From Blastocladiella emersonii ATCC 22665 (Eukaryota > Fungi > Blastocladiomycota): a DNA stretch of 64,000 bases. Below are positions 47,644 to 60,850 of this stretch, piece after piece (the stretch's first letter is position 1; each line of letters starts with the position of its first letter). Under the pieces are notes generated by a model. It saw only the letters and a list, made by a program, of their open reading frames with translations. It did no database searches and had not been told where the DNA came from. The stretch is taken from NCBI GenBank assembly GCA_025594325.1, contig JANHCV010000009.1:310001-374000 (forward strand), given 5' to 3'. Made by a program: the position numbers and the translations under genes.

Positions 47644-48127
47644 GGTGGTTGGTAGCTAGTGTGCAGATGATGTGCGATAGTCGTCGTTGTGTAGTAGTCG
47701 GTCGCCGATGATACGTTGCGCTGCGTTCGTGCGATGCGAGAGCGCGAGCTAGCGGGCGGCGGTCGCGCGCGGTTCTTGAGTGGGCGGGTGGCGAAGCAGG
47801 CCGACGCGGACACGGTGCGCAGCGAGCGGGAAGCAGGCGGTGGGGGGTGGAAGGCGGCCGCGGCGGTGAGGTGCGCGCGCAAGTGGAGCCAGCAGGGCCC
47901 GCCGGCTCAGCCGCTCTGCCCGCCCGCCAGCCCGACCCGCCCGCTTCCCCGCGATACCGGCCTTGGATCCAGCTTCCCAGGCGGGCCCGCGCCGCGATCG
48001 CCTTCCCGGATCGCGCGGCGCCAAATTGCGGGCTAGGCTCCGCACCCACCGATGGCTCACACCTTCCCCTCGAGTACTCAAGCAGCACTCGCACGCCTCC
48101 AAATCAACGTCGAACAATGAGTGGAAT

Positions 48128-49529
48128 TCACACCACGACCACTACGTCGTCGTCGGCCGTCGCCCACCCCTCGCACGTGCACCGCGTCGACTTGGACGCA
48201 AACGCGAACCCGCCCGCGCCCACGACCGCGGGACCCGCGGCGTTCTTGACCGTCGCCGAAAGCGCCGCGTGCGTTGAGGGCACGCGTCGCCGCAGCCGCC
48301 GCACCGCGGCAGGCACGAGCCCGGCATCGGCCTCGGCGCGCGCCATCCGCGCCATGACGGGTGCGGGGACACCGATCGCCGCGACCGCGTACGTGCAGAA
48401 CGGCGCGAGGTGGCCCGCGTAGTGCTCCTCCTCTTCCCCTTCGCCGTCGTTCGCGGTGAGCACCGGCATCCCCGCGCGGTGCGTCCAGTCGGTCGCCTGC
48501 TCGCGGCCCGCGACATCGACGCGGTCGCGCGCGCTGACCCACGTCACGCGGACGACCTGCGCCCACATGGCCCAGTGCGCCGCGAGCCCCGCGCGTGCAC
48601 CGCCAGACCCGCCGTGCGCGCCCCAGTCCGCGACCAGCGACCCGTCCGCGAGCCCGCGCGCCGTGAACTCGGCCCAGTCGCGCCCGATCACCGTGATCCC
48701 GCTGCGCGCCGCGGCCGGGGTTCCGTCGAAGCCCGAAGTCCACACGAGCCGCGGCGGCTGCGTGCCGTCGGCGCGGAACTCGGCGTACCCGCGCAGCTCG
48801 CGGAGCAGCGAGGTCAGGCACAGGTACGTGTCGGCGCGGCCCACGAGCGCCACGTGTGTCGGATCGTAAAGGGGAGGAGTGCCCGACACGTACCCGAGCG
48901 CGTGCAGCAGCGGGTACGCGTCGCGCGCGAGCGGCGACGTTGCGGGCGAGAGCAGGATCGGCGACGGAGCCGCGCCGCCAAGCGCGCGCAGCTTGTCGCC
49001 GGCGTGGCCCGGCACCGGGTCTGCCGAGAGTGCGAGGTGGTTCGGGATCAGGTGCACGCGGGGTGATGGGGTGAGGGTCGAGAGGCGCGACAGGTGCGCC
49101 TGGTCCGTGTAGTTGGCCGTCACGTAGAAGGCGTACTCGACGCGCGCGCCTGTCGCCGTCTCGACCGACGACAGCGTGTCGTTGGCCAGCCACGTCTGCG
49201 TCAGGGTTGAGATGTCCGAGAGGAAGTCGAGGTTCACGTGGATGAGGATCAGCAGCCGCACGCTGGCGTCGGTCGTGTTGGCGTCGGTCGTGTTGGTGGT
49301 AGTTTGAGTGCGTGGTTGAGGTGCGCGCAGGATGTGCGCAACCGAGTCTTGAACTACGACGGGCAGCGGTGAGAACTTGGTCGTCCGCTTCGAGACTGAC
49401 GAGCGCCGTACCAATCAATGGCGTCAGCTCCTGTGCTTCTCGCTCGGCCGTCATCGGGCCCACCACGGCCGCTTGCACCAGCGCGATAGCGAGCGCGAGG
49501 ACCGCGAGCGAGCAGCGCCAGAAATGCAT
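48128..49529 (-). CDS. Secreted or membrane-anchored protein, unknown function
   Basis: Signal peptide MHFWRCSLAVLALAIALVQA followed by a GC3-rich ORF (RLLILIHVNLDF...). Exon joins are uncertain. Confidence 0.5.
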
Positions 49530-51014
49530 GGTGTTTCGTCTAGTCGTCGAGTTCATGGCGAGTGCGTCTAGTTCGTTGCAGTCGGTCTATGTAGCCAAGT
49601 CTATGGACTCTACTGCTGAGGGAGCGGAGGGGGTGAGGTTGCGTTTCGGAGACTTGAGCGACGCGTCGCGTCCCAGGTCGCGCAGGCAAGCGGGAGGCAG
49701 GTGCGAGACGCGTCGCGCCAATCACGCGACCGCGCCACACGCGTGCGAGTTTGGACAAACTCTCGGGCGCGGTTGAGGCTCTTCCGTATCCGATTGCGTC
49801 TCCAACAATGACAAAAGCTAATGAATCGCACTTGCTGAAACCGACTGGGCACTTTGCAGACCTCCCCGTCGAGCTGCTCGAGTTGGTGCTCAGTCTCGCC
49901 GTACCACGCGCCATCGTTCCCGCCGTGATACGAGCACTCGCTGATGCGGGACTTCATCACGGACCTGCCGCGCAGCAAGGGCATGACGTGCATCATGGTC
50001 GTGGTCGACCTTTTCTCCAAGATGTCGCACTTCATCCCGCTCGCCGCGATCCCGACGGCCGCCACGACCGCCGAGGCCTTCATCCAGCACGTCGTGCGGC
50101 TGCACGGGCTCCCCACCGGCATCGTTTCGGACCGCGGGTCGCAGTTCACGTCGCGGTTCTGGTCGGCCATGTGCGAGTCGCTCGAGATCAAGGCCAAGCT
50201 CTCGACGGCGTACCACCCGCAGACCGACAGGCAGACCGAGCGCATGAACCAGACCCTCGAGGTGCACCTGCGCATGTTCGTCAACGAGGACCAGACGAAC
50301 TGGGTCGAGCTGCTGCCGTACGCCGAGATGGCCATCAACAACGCGCTCAACGAGTCGACGGGCGAGATGCCGTTCAAGGTCAACTACGGCTTCGACCCGC
50401 GGCTGGCGGCGGCGACGGACCGGTCGGATCGGGTTCCATCAGCCGCGGCGCTGGCCGAGCGCATTGCCGACATCCAGGGCCAGCTGCTCGAGAAGGTCGA
50501 GCGCGCCAAGCAGCTGTACAAGAAGCACGCCGACCGACGCCGCCGCGAGGGCCCCGACTACAAGGTCGGCGACATGGTGCTGCTGAGCACCAAGAACCTG
50601 CGCGTCGACGTGCCCAAGGCCAAGCTCGGGCAGAAGTACACGGAGCCGCTCAAGATCGTGCGCCTCATTCGCAAGACGGCCGTCGAGCTCGAGCTGCCGC
50701 CGACCATGGCGCGCGTCCACCCGGTGTTCCACGTCTCGCTCGTCAAGCCGGCGGTCGCGCACGACGAGGACACGTTCCCGGGCCGCACGCTGCCGCCGCC
50801 GGCGCCGTACGTCGTCAACGGGCGCGAGGAGTGGTCGGTCGAGGCGATCGTCGACGCGCGCAGGTCGGCTTCGGGTCGCAGCGTCGAGTACCTGGTCAAG
50901 TGGCACGGCTGCCCCGAGACCGACAACACGTGGGAGCCGTACGCGAACCTCAAGCACCTCGAGATGCTCGCCGAGTTCCACGCCGCGCACCCGTCGGCCC
51001 CCGACCCTCGCCGC

Positions 51015-51032
51015 AGGAGGGGAGGGGGGGGA
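51015..51032 (+). other. Polypurine tract
   Basis: aggaggggagggggggga immediately before the LTR start. Confidence 0.85.
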
Positions 51033-51035
51033 TAG

Positions 51036-51187
51036 TGTCACGTGCGCGTTTGGCACGTGCGCCGTGACGTCTCGGATTGTTGAGCCGCCGCTCGCTCGCA
51101 CTCTGTTCTCGCTCCCTGCTGTTCAACCACATACATCCTCGTTCGCTAGTCATCGTGTATTCGGCCCTCCCCGGGCGCTCCGTTACA
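51036..51187 (+). repeat. 3' LTR (152 bp)
   Basis: Starts TGTCACG right after the PPT and ends CGTTACA (TG...CA imperfect inverted termini), directly followed by the duplicated target. Confidence 0.85.
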
Positions 51188-53700
51188 TCGCTGATGCGAC
51201 GCAGTCAAATTTCGTGCAGCGCGCTTGGCTTGACGCAATCCTTGCCCATCGCGTCCCCGACAGATGGATTGAAGTTTACCTCGACAGCGATTTGATGTAC
51301 CAGACCGACCTTTGCGCGCTACTCGAGCGCATGGCCGAGGTTGCAGACCATTCATGGTCGTGTGGTACTCCCGCTCCTGCCGATCCGGGTTACGAGCGTA
51401 CAACCTCGCTCTACTCGATGCTCTTCAACCATCTGCTCGACCTCATGCAATCCGACCGGGGCGGTAGATTTGCTTTCTCACCGAAAAGGACCTCGAAGGG
51501 ATTTTTGACGCGCAGCCAGAGCTCCGTCTAGCTCGTCGCAAGCCGTTTCTCGCGCTCTTACAACTCCTGGCCCACGCCGTTTGCTACTCGACCCCGTCCA
51601 GCTCATTCGCCACCTCGTTGCAACGCGTCAAGTCCACCCCGATCTCTTTGACGTCCAACTTTCCATCACGTACTGGGGCGCGCTGACGTTCCTGTGCCAA
51701 TTCAAGCTTATCGACGAGACTGGATTCGGCAAGCTCGGCCTGCTCGAATTTCTCGGGCTACTGGCTGTACTCGCGTTCAACATGCCTGCGTTGCGCGCCT
51801 TGTTTGACGCGCCGCTCGGCCTGAACAAGGAGTGGCTCGCCTCGTTCATGAGCCGAGATGGGCCGGTGTGGCAACTCCCGGACGATTTCGCCAGGTTCGA
51901 CGATGAACACGTACACCCGCTCCCCGAAGAAGTCATCTTGACCATCGAGTGGCTCATGCGCGAGAGCTGGGCAAGCCGCCCCACACTCGAGTTCCTTGGA
52001 ACGCCGCTTCTCGCGTTCTTGGCCTCGGCGCCGTACATCATCCCTCGCATCGCAGCCCTTGATCCCGCTCGAGTTCTCGGTTGCAATGTGACCAGGCTCC
52101 AATTGACCGTGAAAACGTTCATCGACTGGGATAAGGTCCCGATCACACCCAACACGCTCGCAATCCTTAACGGGTCTGCATGCTCAGCAAAAAGGCGTAG
52201 GGTACCATCGTGTTTTACATGCGGACTGAGCAGCAAGCCGGTGACTCGACCGAACCGCTTGCGCCGTATGTGCAGAAGATACTTGGACCTCAGCGTTTCC
52301 TCGCTGTTCTGATCGAGTGTACGTCCCACGCTCGCTTGTATGAACCGTGAGATCGGTGGCCGACCACTTGCTCGCGAACAGGTATGAAGCGAACGCCGGA
52401 CCGCGAGGCGCGGGAAAGCCTGGGCATGTTGATGGTGGGGAATCGCTGGGACATTGTTGAGCGGCTCATGCAGCGCATGGAGTCGGGATCGTGAAAGTGC
52501 TAGTTAGGTGCCCATTTCCTAGTCGCTTGTTCATACACTTTCACTTGCGCAATGAAATTTCAGCAGCCCGACCAATCGTCGCAGGGCAGCAATTCGTTCT
52601 CGAGTGGCGGCATCCCGGCCCTCATCGATCACGCACGCGTTTGAGCCGCCGGCCGTCAATAGAATGAACAGTGCGGCACATGTTGGCCTCAACGGGAACT
52701 GCGAAGGGAGGCGGGAGGACGCGACGGTCACATCCGCGTGACCACTTCAAACAGGCCTGCGGCTGGTGGCTGGCCCGCGCGCGGGCCGTAAAACGCGTGC
52801 GCTCCCGCGGACCACCGGGAATCTCCAACCACAACGGTAACCAATGAATTTGACTTGCTGCATTCTTTCTCTCGGGTTGCGATCGTCGCGGTCGCAGCGA
52901 CGCACGACTCACTTGGAGCGGTCATGCTAGATTGGTCAGGTTGACGTCGTCCAGGGTCATTAGTCGGTACAATAAATTACGTAGATTTGTGTGAAATGTG
53001 AAATAGATTGATTTGTGGACTGCGCATAACAGTGGCCTTGAGCCGATGGAAAGAGTCGCCGCACATGGCGTCTGGACGAGTGACCTTGACGGCCGCGGTC
53101 ATGCTTTCGGCCATCATCTGTCTACAAGTCGGCGATAACCCGTTCGACCCAGCAACATCGCCATACCTAGTCGAACAAGGGTTCGTCGACGTCGCTGCTC
53201 GCCGCGCGCGCAGGCCTTCACGGTCCTAGGAGCCATGAACAGCGGCTCGCACTACCTGTCCTCGACGCGCGGCTCGCTCGCATTTGATTGCCCATTGCCA
53301 AACCATTCAGTCGCCGCTCGAATCCGACCGCCGCACGGACCTCGCCAACCCTCCCGCGCCGCGCTGCTGGGCCGCGCCCGCGCCGGCGCCGTGAAATGCC
53401 CGCGCCGCCGGTGCGCACGTGGCCCTTGATCCTTTCGCGTCACAGCGCGGCGCTGGGCGGTCGTGCGAGGGCGCGAAGCGTGGCTGCAGTCGCCGAACAC
53501 GCGTGTGTTGCTGCGCTGGTGGAACGCGTCGAATACATCGTATTTTGCGAGTTGGTTCCATCGATCGGGCATATCTGGCGGACTTTCGCACTCAAGAGCC
53601 ACCTCGCACCTTCCCTGGGTCGCTGCGGGAACCTGTTTGAGCCAGACAGAATTGTGGAGACTAGGGGTGTGTGCGTTGCACACCTAGTCTCAGCAGTAGG

Positions 53701-54678
53701 TTAGTAGGCTGGGCGAGTCAGTGGTCCGGCTACAACGTCAGATACTCCTTCAATGAGGTCCAGGTGAACTTGCGCTTGCATTAGAACAAAAACCAAGGCA
53801 ACACCCGTGTTTCTTGGCGGCCATCGTATTTTATGCGTCGCGCACCAAGTTCTGCGCCGTGATCGGGACCTCAACACTCGAATTGTTGAGCTTCTCCGAA
53901 TCCTGAAGCGGAAGGGCGTTCGCTCGTCCGGAGCGGATGTACTCGACACCGCGTTCCAAGACGTTACAGTCGTGGAGATGTTTGGGGACGTCGTGCGAAT
54001 GAGAGATTTGAATCCAGTGCGACTCATCAATCGCGACCAGCGCTGGCGGCAGTCCGAACGTAACCAAGAGTTGGTTCTTACTTGCGAATTGACCAACTTA
54101 TCGGTTTCTGCTATCGCGGAGGTACCTTTGACCAGTCCGGTCGCTGTGGGCGCGCGGACGAGCTCAACGCATTTGAAGGCGAGGTCTTGCCAGGTTGGAG
54201 GCCACGCGTCCGTCTCGCGACGGCTAGTGTGTCCGACAGGTCGCACAGCTAGCCCTCCGAAAGGACGATAGCAAGCCAATCCAGCCGGGTTGGAACCGCG
54301 CTGGTGTTGGGCAAGTACGTGATTGCCCAACCGGAGAGGAGATACTCGACCACGCGTTCCAGACCGTTGGAGTTACGCAGGTCTTTGAGCATCACTTGGA
54401 AGCCGACGTTGATCGACTGCTGTCTCAAGTCAGGGCCCACTCAGAACGATTGGAATTCTCAAGTTCAGGCCCACTCAGAACGATGGGAACCCGAGTGAGC
54501 GGTCCCGACGGGTCTCAAACTGCGAGGAGTTGCTGAGCGAGTTCACGTAACGCTGCAACATCAATAATCTTGAGGCCAACCATGAAGCTTTTGTGAACGA
54601 GGAAGCACTGGCGCAGAGCGAATGTCCTTCAAACTCAACCTGCGTTTGATCCATACATGCCCTAATGAACAGAGACAC
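53701..54678 (-). pseudogene. Degraded ORF fragments, possibly a P-loop NTPase relic
   Basis: Several short protein-like fragments in different frames, including LVAIDESH (Walker B/DExH-like). No convincing Walker A. Confidence 0.25.
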
Positions 54679-54769
54679 ATCAGTGTTCGCAGTGTCGCAC
54701 GCGTTCCCGCTCGACGCTCACCCCAAAATTAACACGAAGTCGCCAAGTAGAAAGAGGCGGTCAATTTCA

Positions 54770-55245
54770 TTTTCAGACCGAGTCGAAGTCAATGCACGGA
54801 GTTGGAGAGTCTAACCTGCAGTCCGAGACGTAGAACGGGCGACGGCGGTCGGAGGTCGGAGCTGGTGGTCGGCGACGCGTCTCCCACTGCTGCGCCACCC
54901 GACCAAGCCACCTGCTGTGCCACCACCGCTCAGTCCGGAGTTTCGTTCGGCCGGGTCGGGCTGTCCGGGCAGTCGGAAGAAATTACACGTCCGAGCTCCA
55001 GCTTTACTCGGCTGAGTCGTAGCTTGGAGGGTCGGAGGGTTGGAGAGGTCGGATGTATGAGGCTGTTGAGAGCGCGAGTCAGAGTACCACTGCGCAGCCG
55101 CTGTGAGTGGTCGTAGCGAGGCGGTAGTAGTATCAGAATTTTTATTAGACCGAGTCAAAACCATTGCGGGAAGTCATAAAGTCGGAACAATCGGTGAAGT
55201 CGGAGAACTCGAGGTCGGAGGTCAGAGCTCAGAGTCGGAGCCGAA
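54770..55245. repeat. Non-coding tract rich in GTCGGA hexamers
   Basis: About nine GTCGGA copies plus AGACCGAGTC near 54775 and 55148. No credible ORF. Confidence 0.5.
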
Positions 55246-55734
55246 GGAGCTGGGGGAGGTCACGGGAAGTTGAGCACATTGATAGCCCAGCTTCAAGCCG
55301 AATTCAGCTCGGGAGAAACTCAGCCGCTGTCGCGCACCGCGCGTGATGCTCGGGTCACGCGCGCGCGCGTAGCGCTGATCGCGCCACATTTCCCACCACT
55401 GCGAACTCGGCCGTTCGCGCCCCGCCGCAGCTGGTGACTCGCCGCCCGTTTCCTGTCGCCCTCAAAAGGTGGCCGCACCCTCGCCGCGGACGTGAGCTCT
55501 CTTTAGCTCACGTTTCCGGATCTTACAGGTGTGTGCGGCCTCCTCACCCTCCTTTTCCCTCTTTCCTCTCCATCTTGTCCCCCATCATTCTCCTGAATAA
55601 AGCTCACGTTTCAGGATCATACAGTTGTCTTGGGAATCGTGTGGGCTCGACACCACCAGCGCCGTGCTTCCCCCCACGGTGCTCTTCACCGCTGAGAAAA
55701 ACTGAATCAAATCAAACAAAAATCATGCTCAACT

Positions 55735-58053
55735 CTAATAGTTGCGGTGGACCGCGACCATGATCGCGTCCGCGTACTCGCGCGACGCCATTGTGACGGG
55801 AGCCACGCGGCGGAGCTCGTCGATGATCCCGCGGGTCGTCGCGCGGTGTTCCCGTGCGGTGACCACCGCGTACGCAATCCAGCGCGCGTCCTTGATGCCG
55901 TCGAGCGCACCCGAAGGAACGGCGCGCCAGAACGAGAGGGGCAGCGGGGCGTCGGTCCCAACCGCGCGGCAGAGTACGTCGATCATGGCCGCCAGGTCGG
56001 CGCGAACGAGGGTTTGGACGAGCTCGCGGTGCGGTTGGTCCAGCGAATCGCAAACGGAGTTGCAGCTGCGCGACGCGTTGCCGACGCTCGGTCGAGCAAG
56101 GTCGTCAGTCGAGGCCAGAAGGCGCGCGAGATCGCGGGCGGCGGGAAGAGGTAGCTGTCGGATTGCAGTCGGGTCGATGGTCAAGAGCGTGCGCACGGTG
56201 TCGATCCACACAATCTGCCGGTCAAGGGGACACTCGCCGCACGACTTCCTGGACGGAGCAACAACGAGTGGAAATACGTGCTTTCCAGCTTGACCTGTCG
56301 CTTGCGCTGAGATCATGGCACCCAAGAAGTGCGGCGCAAGACGGCGGTCGTTGATACATTCGCGAGCACGAATCGTCCCGTCCTGCAGCGCGGCAACATG
56401 GACCCATGCAATTGGAGCACATAACGGGCTCGAGAGCCGCACCGCGACTTTGGCGGCGACGGAAAAGCAGTTCCACAAGCTACTCGGTTGCTGGTTGGCA
56501 AAAATGGACATTGCGACTGTTGACATGAGAGTCAAGGCGTTCTCGTTGCGGCCGTTCGAACAAGACTCCATGACCTCCTCGCACAGAGCTGCCGTAAACG
56601 CGCTAATGGCGCAACTCGGGTCGTTGCGCCAATGCTGCCGCGCAAAAGCAAAGAATCGCTGCGGCTCAGGCTGACCAAGGGGGTGCTTGAGACTCATGCG
56701 GAAGGCTGACCAAGATGTTCGTTAAGGGAGTTAGTCGATTACCTACGTCACCCCCCCCCCAAATATGAAGAAACGTACCTCGCTTGGCAGAATCCCGAAG
56801 CTTGTTGCCAATCAAAGTAGCAGCAGCAGAGGCAAGTGGCCCCGAATAGCCACCACCACAGTCGCTGAGCGCAAAGACGAGAATGTGGCTCCATGCGGCG
56901 CAGTTGAGAACGTCAAGCTCGTGAAGAATCCGCAAGACGTCTTCGGTGATGGAAAAAGCGCAATCGTTGACCGCGCCAATAAGCCCAGGTGTGTCGCCCG
57001 CATGAGTCGCATCTTCCATGAACTGGACCTCGAGATCAATTAGGTGGCGAACGACAGCGGAGGAATGAGCGAGCCTGTTAACAAGTGGAACGTTGCAAAA
57101 GAACTGCGGCTGGTCCGTCCAAGCTGCACGGAGAAGCCACTGAATTATCTGCGCGGCGTTCCGTTCACGAGTCGGAATGGGCACTTGGCCGTTAAACCCC
57201 TGGATTAAAAGCATGTCAGCAAGCGTGTCGTTCTTGAACGTCTTGGCGAGCCAACGCATATTGAGTCCGAACAAAGGAAGATCTCGCAGCGCACAGAGGA
57301 TCGGAAAGTCCCAAAGGAACACGGTAAACAAGCCCAAAAAGTCCATGATGCCCATCGGGTCAGGGTTTTCCATGGATGCGATCCAGTCCCGTGCATTCGT
57401 GCAAATGCTCGTGTGAGAGGGTTCCGTCAGCATAGCCCATTTGGCGACGGGCATGCGAAGTTGGAAGAGGTCCGGAACTTTGAGGTGGGTCGTCGTCAGC
57501 ACGCCGGTAAGAGACGGCGGATCAAGTCGAACCACGGCGAGCACAAGCAGCTGAAGGAGAGCTTGGATTGGCGACTCCTGAAGGTTATATGAGCTTGAGG
57601 GGGATCGATAGTGATCTCGATGTTTTTGGAGAAGGTCTCGAGGCTGGTTTGATGCGAAGCCAAGGCGGACAACGCCAAGGGGAGAATGCGGTCGAGGACA
57701 ACGTCAAAGAGCGAAGTGGAATAGTTGTAGTCAGTATCAGCGGGCACGATACGACGGCTCACGTTAGTGTAGTCCCAATAGAGCAAGTCGCCGCTGTTCG
57801 AAACGAGGGCAGCCGTATGATCGCGATATACGTCGATCCAATCCAAGCGATCAAGGTGCTCAACGAGGTGCTCGATCCATGCTGCTTTAACAAGAGGATT
57901 CTGCGCCGCATTGTAGAGCTCGCGCGTTGAGGCACAAATGGCGAGCTGGGGTCGAGACAGCATGACCACTGCGGTCACCAGCTCGGTCGGGATATCAGCA
58001 AGGCATGTGCGCCGATGACATTGCGGCAAGTTATCTTCATTGGTTTCGTTCAT
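55735..58053 (-). pseudogene. F-box-like family copy 5 (one frameshift)
   Basis: MNETNEDNL...LADIPTELV. Frameshift near 57590-57605 next to a G run; intron about 56705-56777; C-terminal exon complete. Confidence 0.75.
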
Positions 58054-58390
58054 GGTTCGTCGTGCCGGGTTTCTTGGAGAGACGGCGGTCGCCACAAGCC
58101 CTGTCGTTTCGCTGACGCCGGTCACACGAGCGCCACACGTGTGGCGCAACGCGAGCTGACCTGCGGCTCTCGGGCGTCCATCACCAAACCGCGTCCGGCA
58201 GACGGGAAAGCGTCATGCAACGGATAGAGCTCGACGATAAGCAACCTGATTTGATCCGCGTATATCCGCGGTAGTCCCCGCTGCGCTCGCGATTACATGG
58301 TGCGACATCGCTGGCACGGCCTGCAGCATGCATCACAAATGGACACGGCAAACAGAACAAGAATATATGTACGGCCGGGACGCACATGTT

Positions 58391-60568
58391 TCAGAGACTG
58401 AAGTGGACCGCACTCATGACAGCGCCCGTGTACTCGGAAATCGCAGTCGTCTTGGGAGCGGCGCGTCGGATTTCGTTGATGCTCGCGCGAGCAGCGTCGT
58501 CGCCGCCCCTCGCCAAAACAACAGCGTGGGCGATCCACTGTGCGTCCTTGACGCCATCAAGCGCGCCCGAGGGGACGGCGCGCCAGAAGCTGAGCGGGAG
58601 CGGCGCATCCGCATCAGCCGCGTCGCCGAGCACCTCGAGAACTGCAGCCAGATCGGTGCGAATCAAGAGCTGGACGAGGTCGCGGTACGGGTGGGTCAGC
58701 AAGTCGCATGCGGACAGGCATGTCGTGCTGCCATTTCCGGTCGCGTTCGCTTGCGCAGGGCGGATATAAGCGAGATCCTTGTAGTCGGCAAGGAAACGCG
58801 CGAGCTCCTTGATGGCGAGTGTAGGGATGCGCCAAATGCACTGCGGGTCAAGCGCCAAAAGTTCGCGGACCGTGTCGAGCCAAACGCGCTGTCCTGAAAG
58901 CTCGCACTCGCCGCAGGTCGTACCGAAAGGAGTGGCGAGCTGGATGATGTGTCTCCCGGCACGGTCAGCCGCCTGTGCCCAGATCATGGCACCGAGGAAC
59001 AAGTGGGTGGTGCCGCTCTTCTTGAGCATTGCGACGGCATCGTCCCGAATCGAGTGGTCCTGCAACACCGCAACCAGAACCCATGCGAGCGCGGCGCAGC
59101 TGGAGATTGGAAGCTGCACAACGGTCGCGTGGGCGAGCAGAAACACGTCCCAAAGGTCCGCCGTGCGCTTGCTGTTGAAGACAGCCGACATGGTTGCACA
59201 AAAGTGAGAGTTGACGCACGGAGGATGATGGAAACAGTCAGAATTGCTGCGCTGCAGGTTTGCTTCGAGTAAGACTGACGCAAGAACAGGGCAAGCATGG
59301 GCGATTTCGGCACGTCGATGCTGCCGGAGGAAAGAGAGCACCTCCTGCGGCGTCGGGAGACCGGGGAGAAGCAGGAGACTTGTTTTGAAGGCTATTTACG
59401 ACAAGTCAATGTTAGCCCGTTGCTTCGACACATGGGACAAGGCGAGCAGTAGCGTACCGTGGACGAGAGGGTGGTCGTGAGCCTTGTTGTCGAGCGCACG
59501 ATACACATCCCCGTCAAGAAGCTTGTTCACGCGCTCGAGCTCCAAATCGGCCAGGATGCGGAGCACAGCGGGTGTGCGAGAGAGCTCCGTGACGAGCACC
59601 TTGTTTTCGAAAATCTTCGGCTTGTCCTTCCACGACTCGCGAAAGAGCCATTGGAACATTTCCGCGACGTTGCGTGCGAGTGTCGGGTCAGTTTTCACGT
59701 CGTTGGCGGGAATGCTGTCCACAAGCGCGGTCGAGATCGTGTCGTTGTTGAAGATTGCTGAGAGCCAGCGGACATTGAGGCCAAAAGAAGGCAGCTCGAG
59801 TAGTGCAGTCAGGGTCGTAACGTCCCACAGGAATACGGCAAAGACGCCCAAAAACTCGATCAGCCGCATCGGCGACTCGGCCATTTTAGCGAGCCAGGCC
59901 TCGGCGTGGCGATGAATTCGTTTGAAGGACTGAACTGAAAGAACCGACCAAGTGCATACAGGCAACCGAAGCCAAAAGAGTTCGGGGGCGTCCTTCTTTG
60001 CAGTCTTGAGCAGGTTGGTGAGAGTGTCCGAGTCGAGCTGAGCCAGAGCCACGACAAAGAGTTGGAGAAGCAGCTCGACCGGAGCATTATCCCGTGTTAG
60101 GTGTTCGTCGGCGAATTGGCCGATCGAGTCCCGAATGACGTTGGCCAGCGTCTCCGATCCTGTGCCGCACGAGTTGAGGGCCGTTACAGCCAGAGGGAGA
60201 ATGTCTTCGAACTCGAACTTGAACAGCATGGTGACGTAAAGGTAGCCGGTTCCCCCAGGCGTGACGCGGCGCGCGGTGCCCATGAATCCGTACTCGAGCA
60301 GCTCCCCGAGCTCAGACGTGAAGTAGTCGCTGGATCTCCGGTACGCTGCCAGCCAGTTGTCCGGTGGATCGTAGCTGACAATCTCCTCTGTCCAGACATC
60401 TTTCAACAACGGAGTTCGCGCCACGGCGAGAAGCTCGCGCGACGCCGAGCAAAGGGCGGTCCGAGGCTCCGTGAGCAACATGACGGGCGTGAGCAGCTCG
60501 ACGGGGAGCGACGCGAGGCCGAGGCGCTGGCTCCGTTGCATCTGGTTATTTTCATTGGTTTCTTTCAT
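58391..60568 (-). CDS. F-box-like family copy 6, apparently intact (703 aa)
   Basis: Exon 60568-59458, intron 59457-59392 (gtacgc...ctaac...tag) and exon 59391-58391 splice in frame without stops. Confidence 0.75.
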
Positions 60569-60850
60569 GGTGGGTGCTGGTAGGGCATGCGAGGAAGAAG
60601 CGGCGTGTTTTTTTTGCGGTGGGAACGCACACCAATCGCGTCACGCGAGTGGCGCATCGCGACGCCGCCGGCGGCTCCTCCCTGATCGCAGCCGATCCCC
60701 CAGTTGCGGGCAAGGCCGCCAATGTTTCTCTCTCAGGTGCCCCCCGTCGCGAGGCGAATTTCGGCGGGGCGCTCAGTTGAACTGTAACGGAAGTTATTAT
60801 GAGGGAAAGAAATCGAATGAACAAACTTGCACGACCACAGCCACCGCCAT

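Larger units (their letters stand above)
49949..51187 (+). mobile_element. 5'-truncated Ty3/Gypsy chromovirus fragment (integrase-chromodomain, PPT, 3' LTR)
   Basis: DFITDLP...VVVDLFSK, VSDRGSQFTS, TAYHPQTD..TERMNQTLE, the GPY/F region and a chromodomain (EEWSVEAI..EYLVKWHG..NTWEP). Flanked by TCGCTGATGCG at 49938-49948 and 51188-51198. Confidence 0.95.
49808..52310 (+). pseudogene. F-box-like family copy 4, disrupted by a retroelement fragment
   Basis: MTKANESHLL...FADLPVELLELV. Removing 49949-51198 restores ...RALADATQSNFVQRAW in frame. Later frameshifts near 51470-51590. Confidence 0.8.

Noticed and set aside
49949-51187. LINE-mediated retroposition of the Gypsy fragment
   Set aside because: No poly(A), and the insert ends at the U5 terminus, which is present in cDNA but not at the RNA 3' end.
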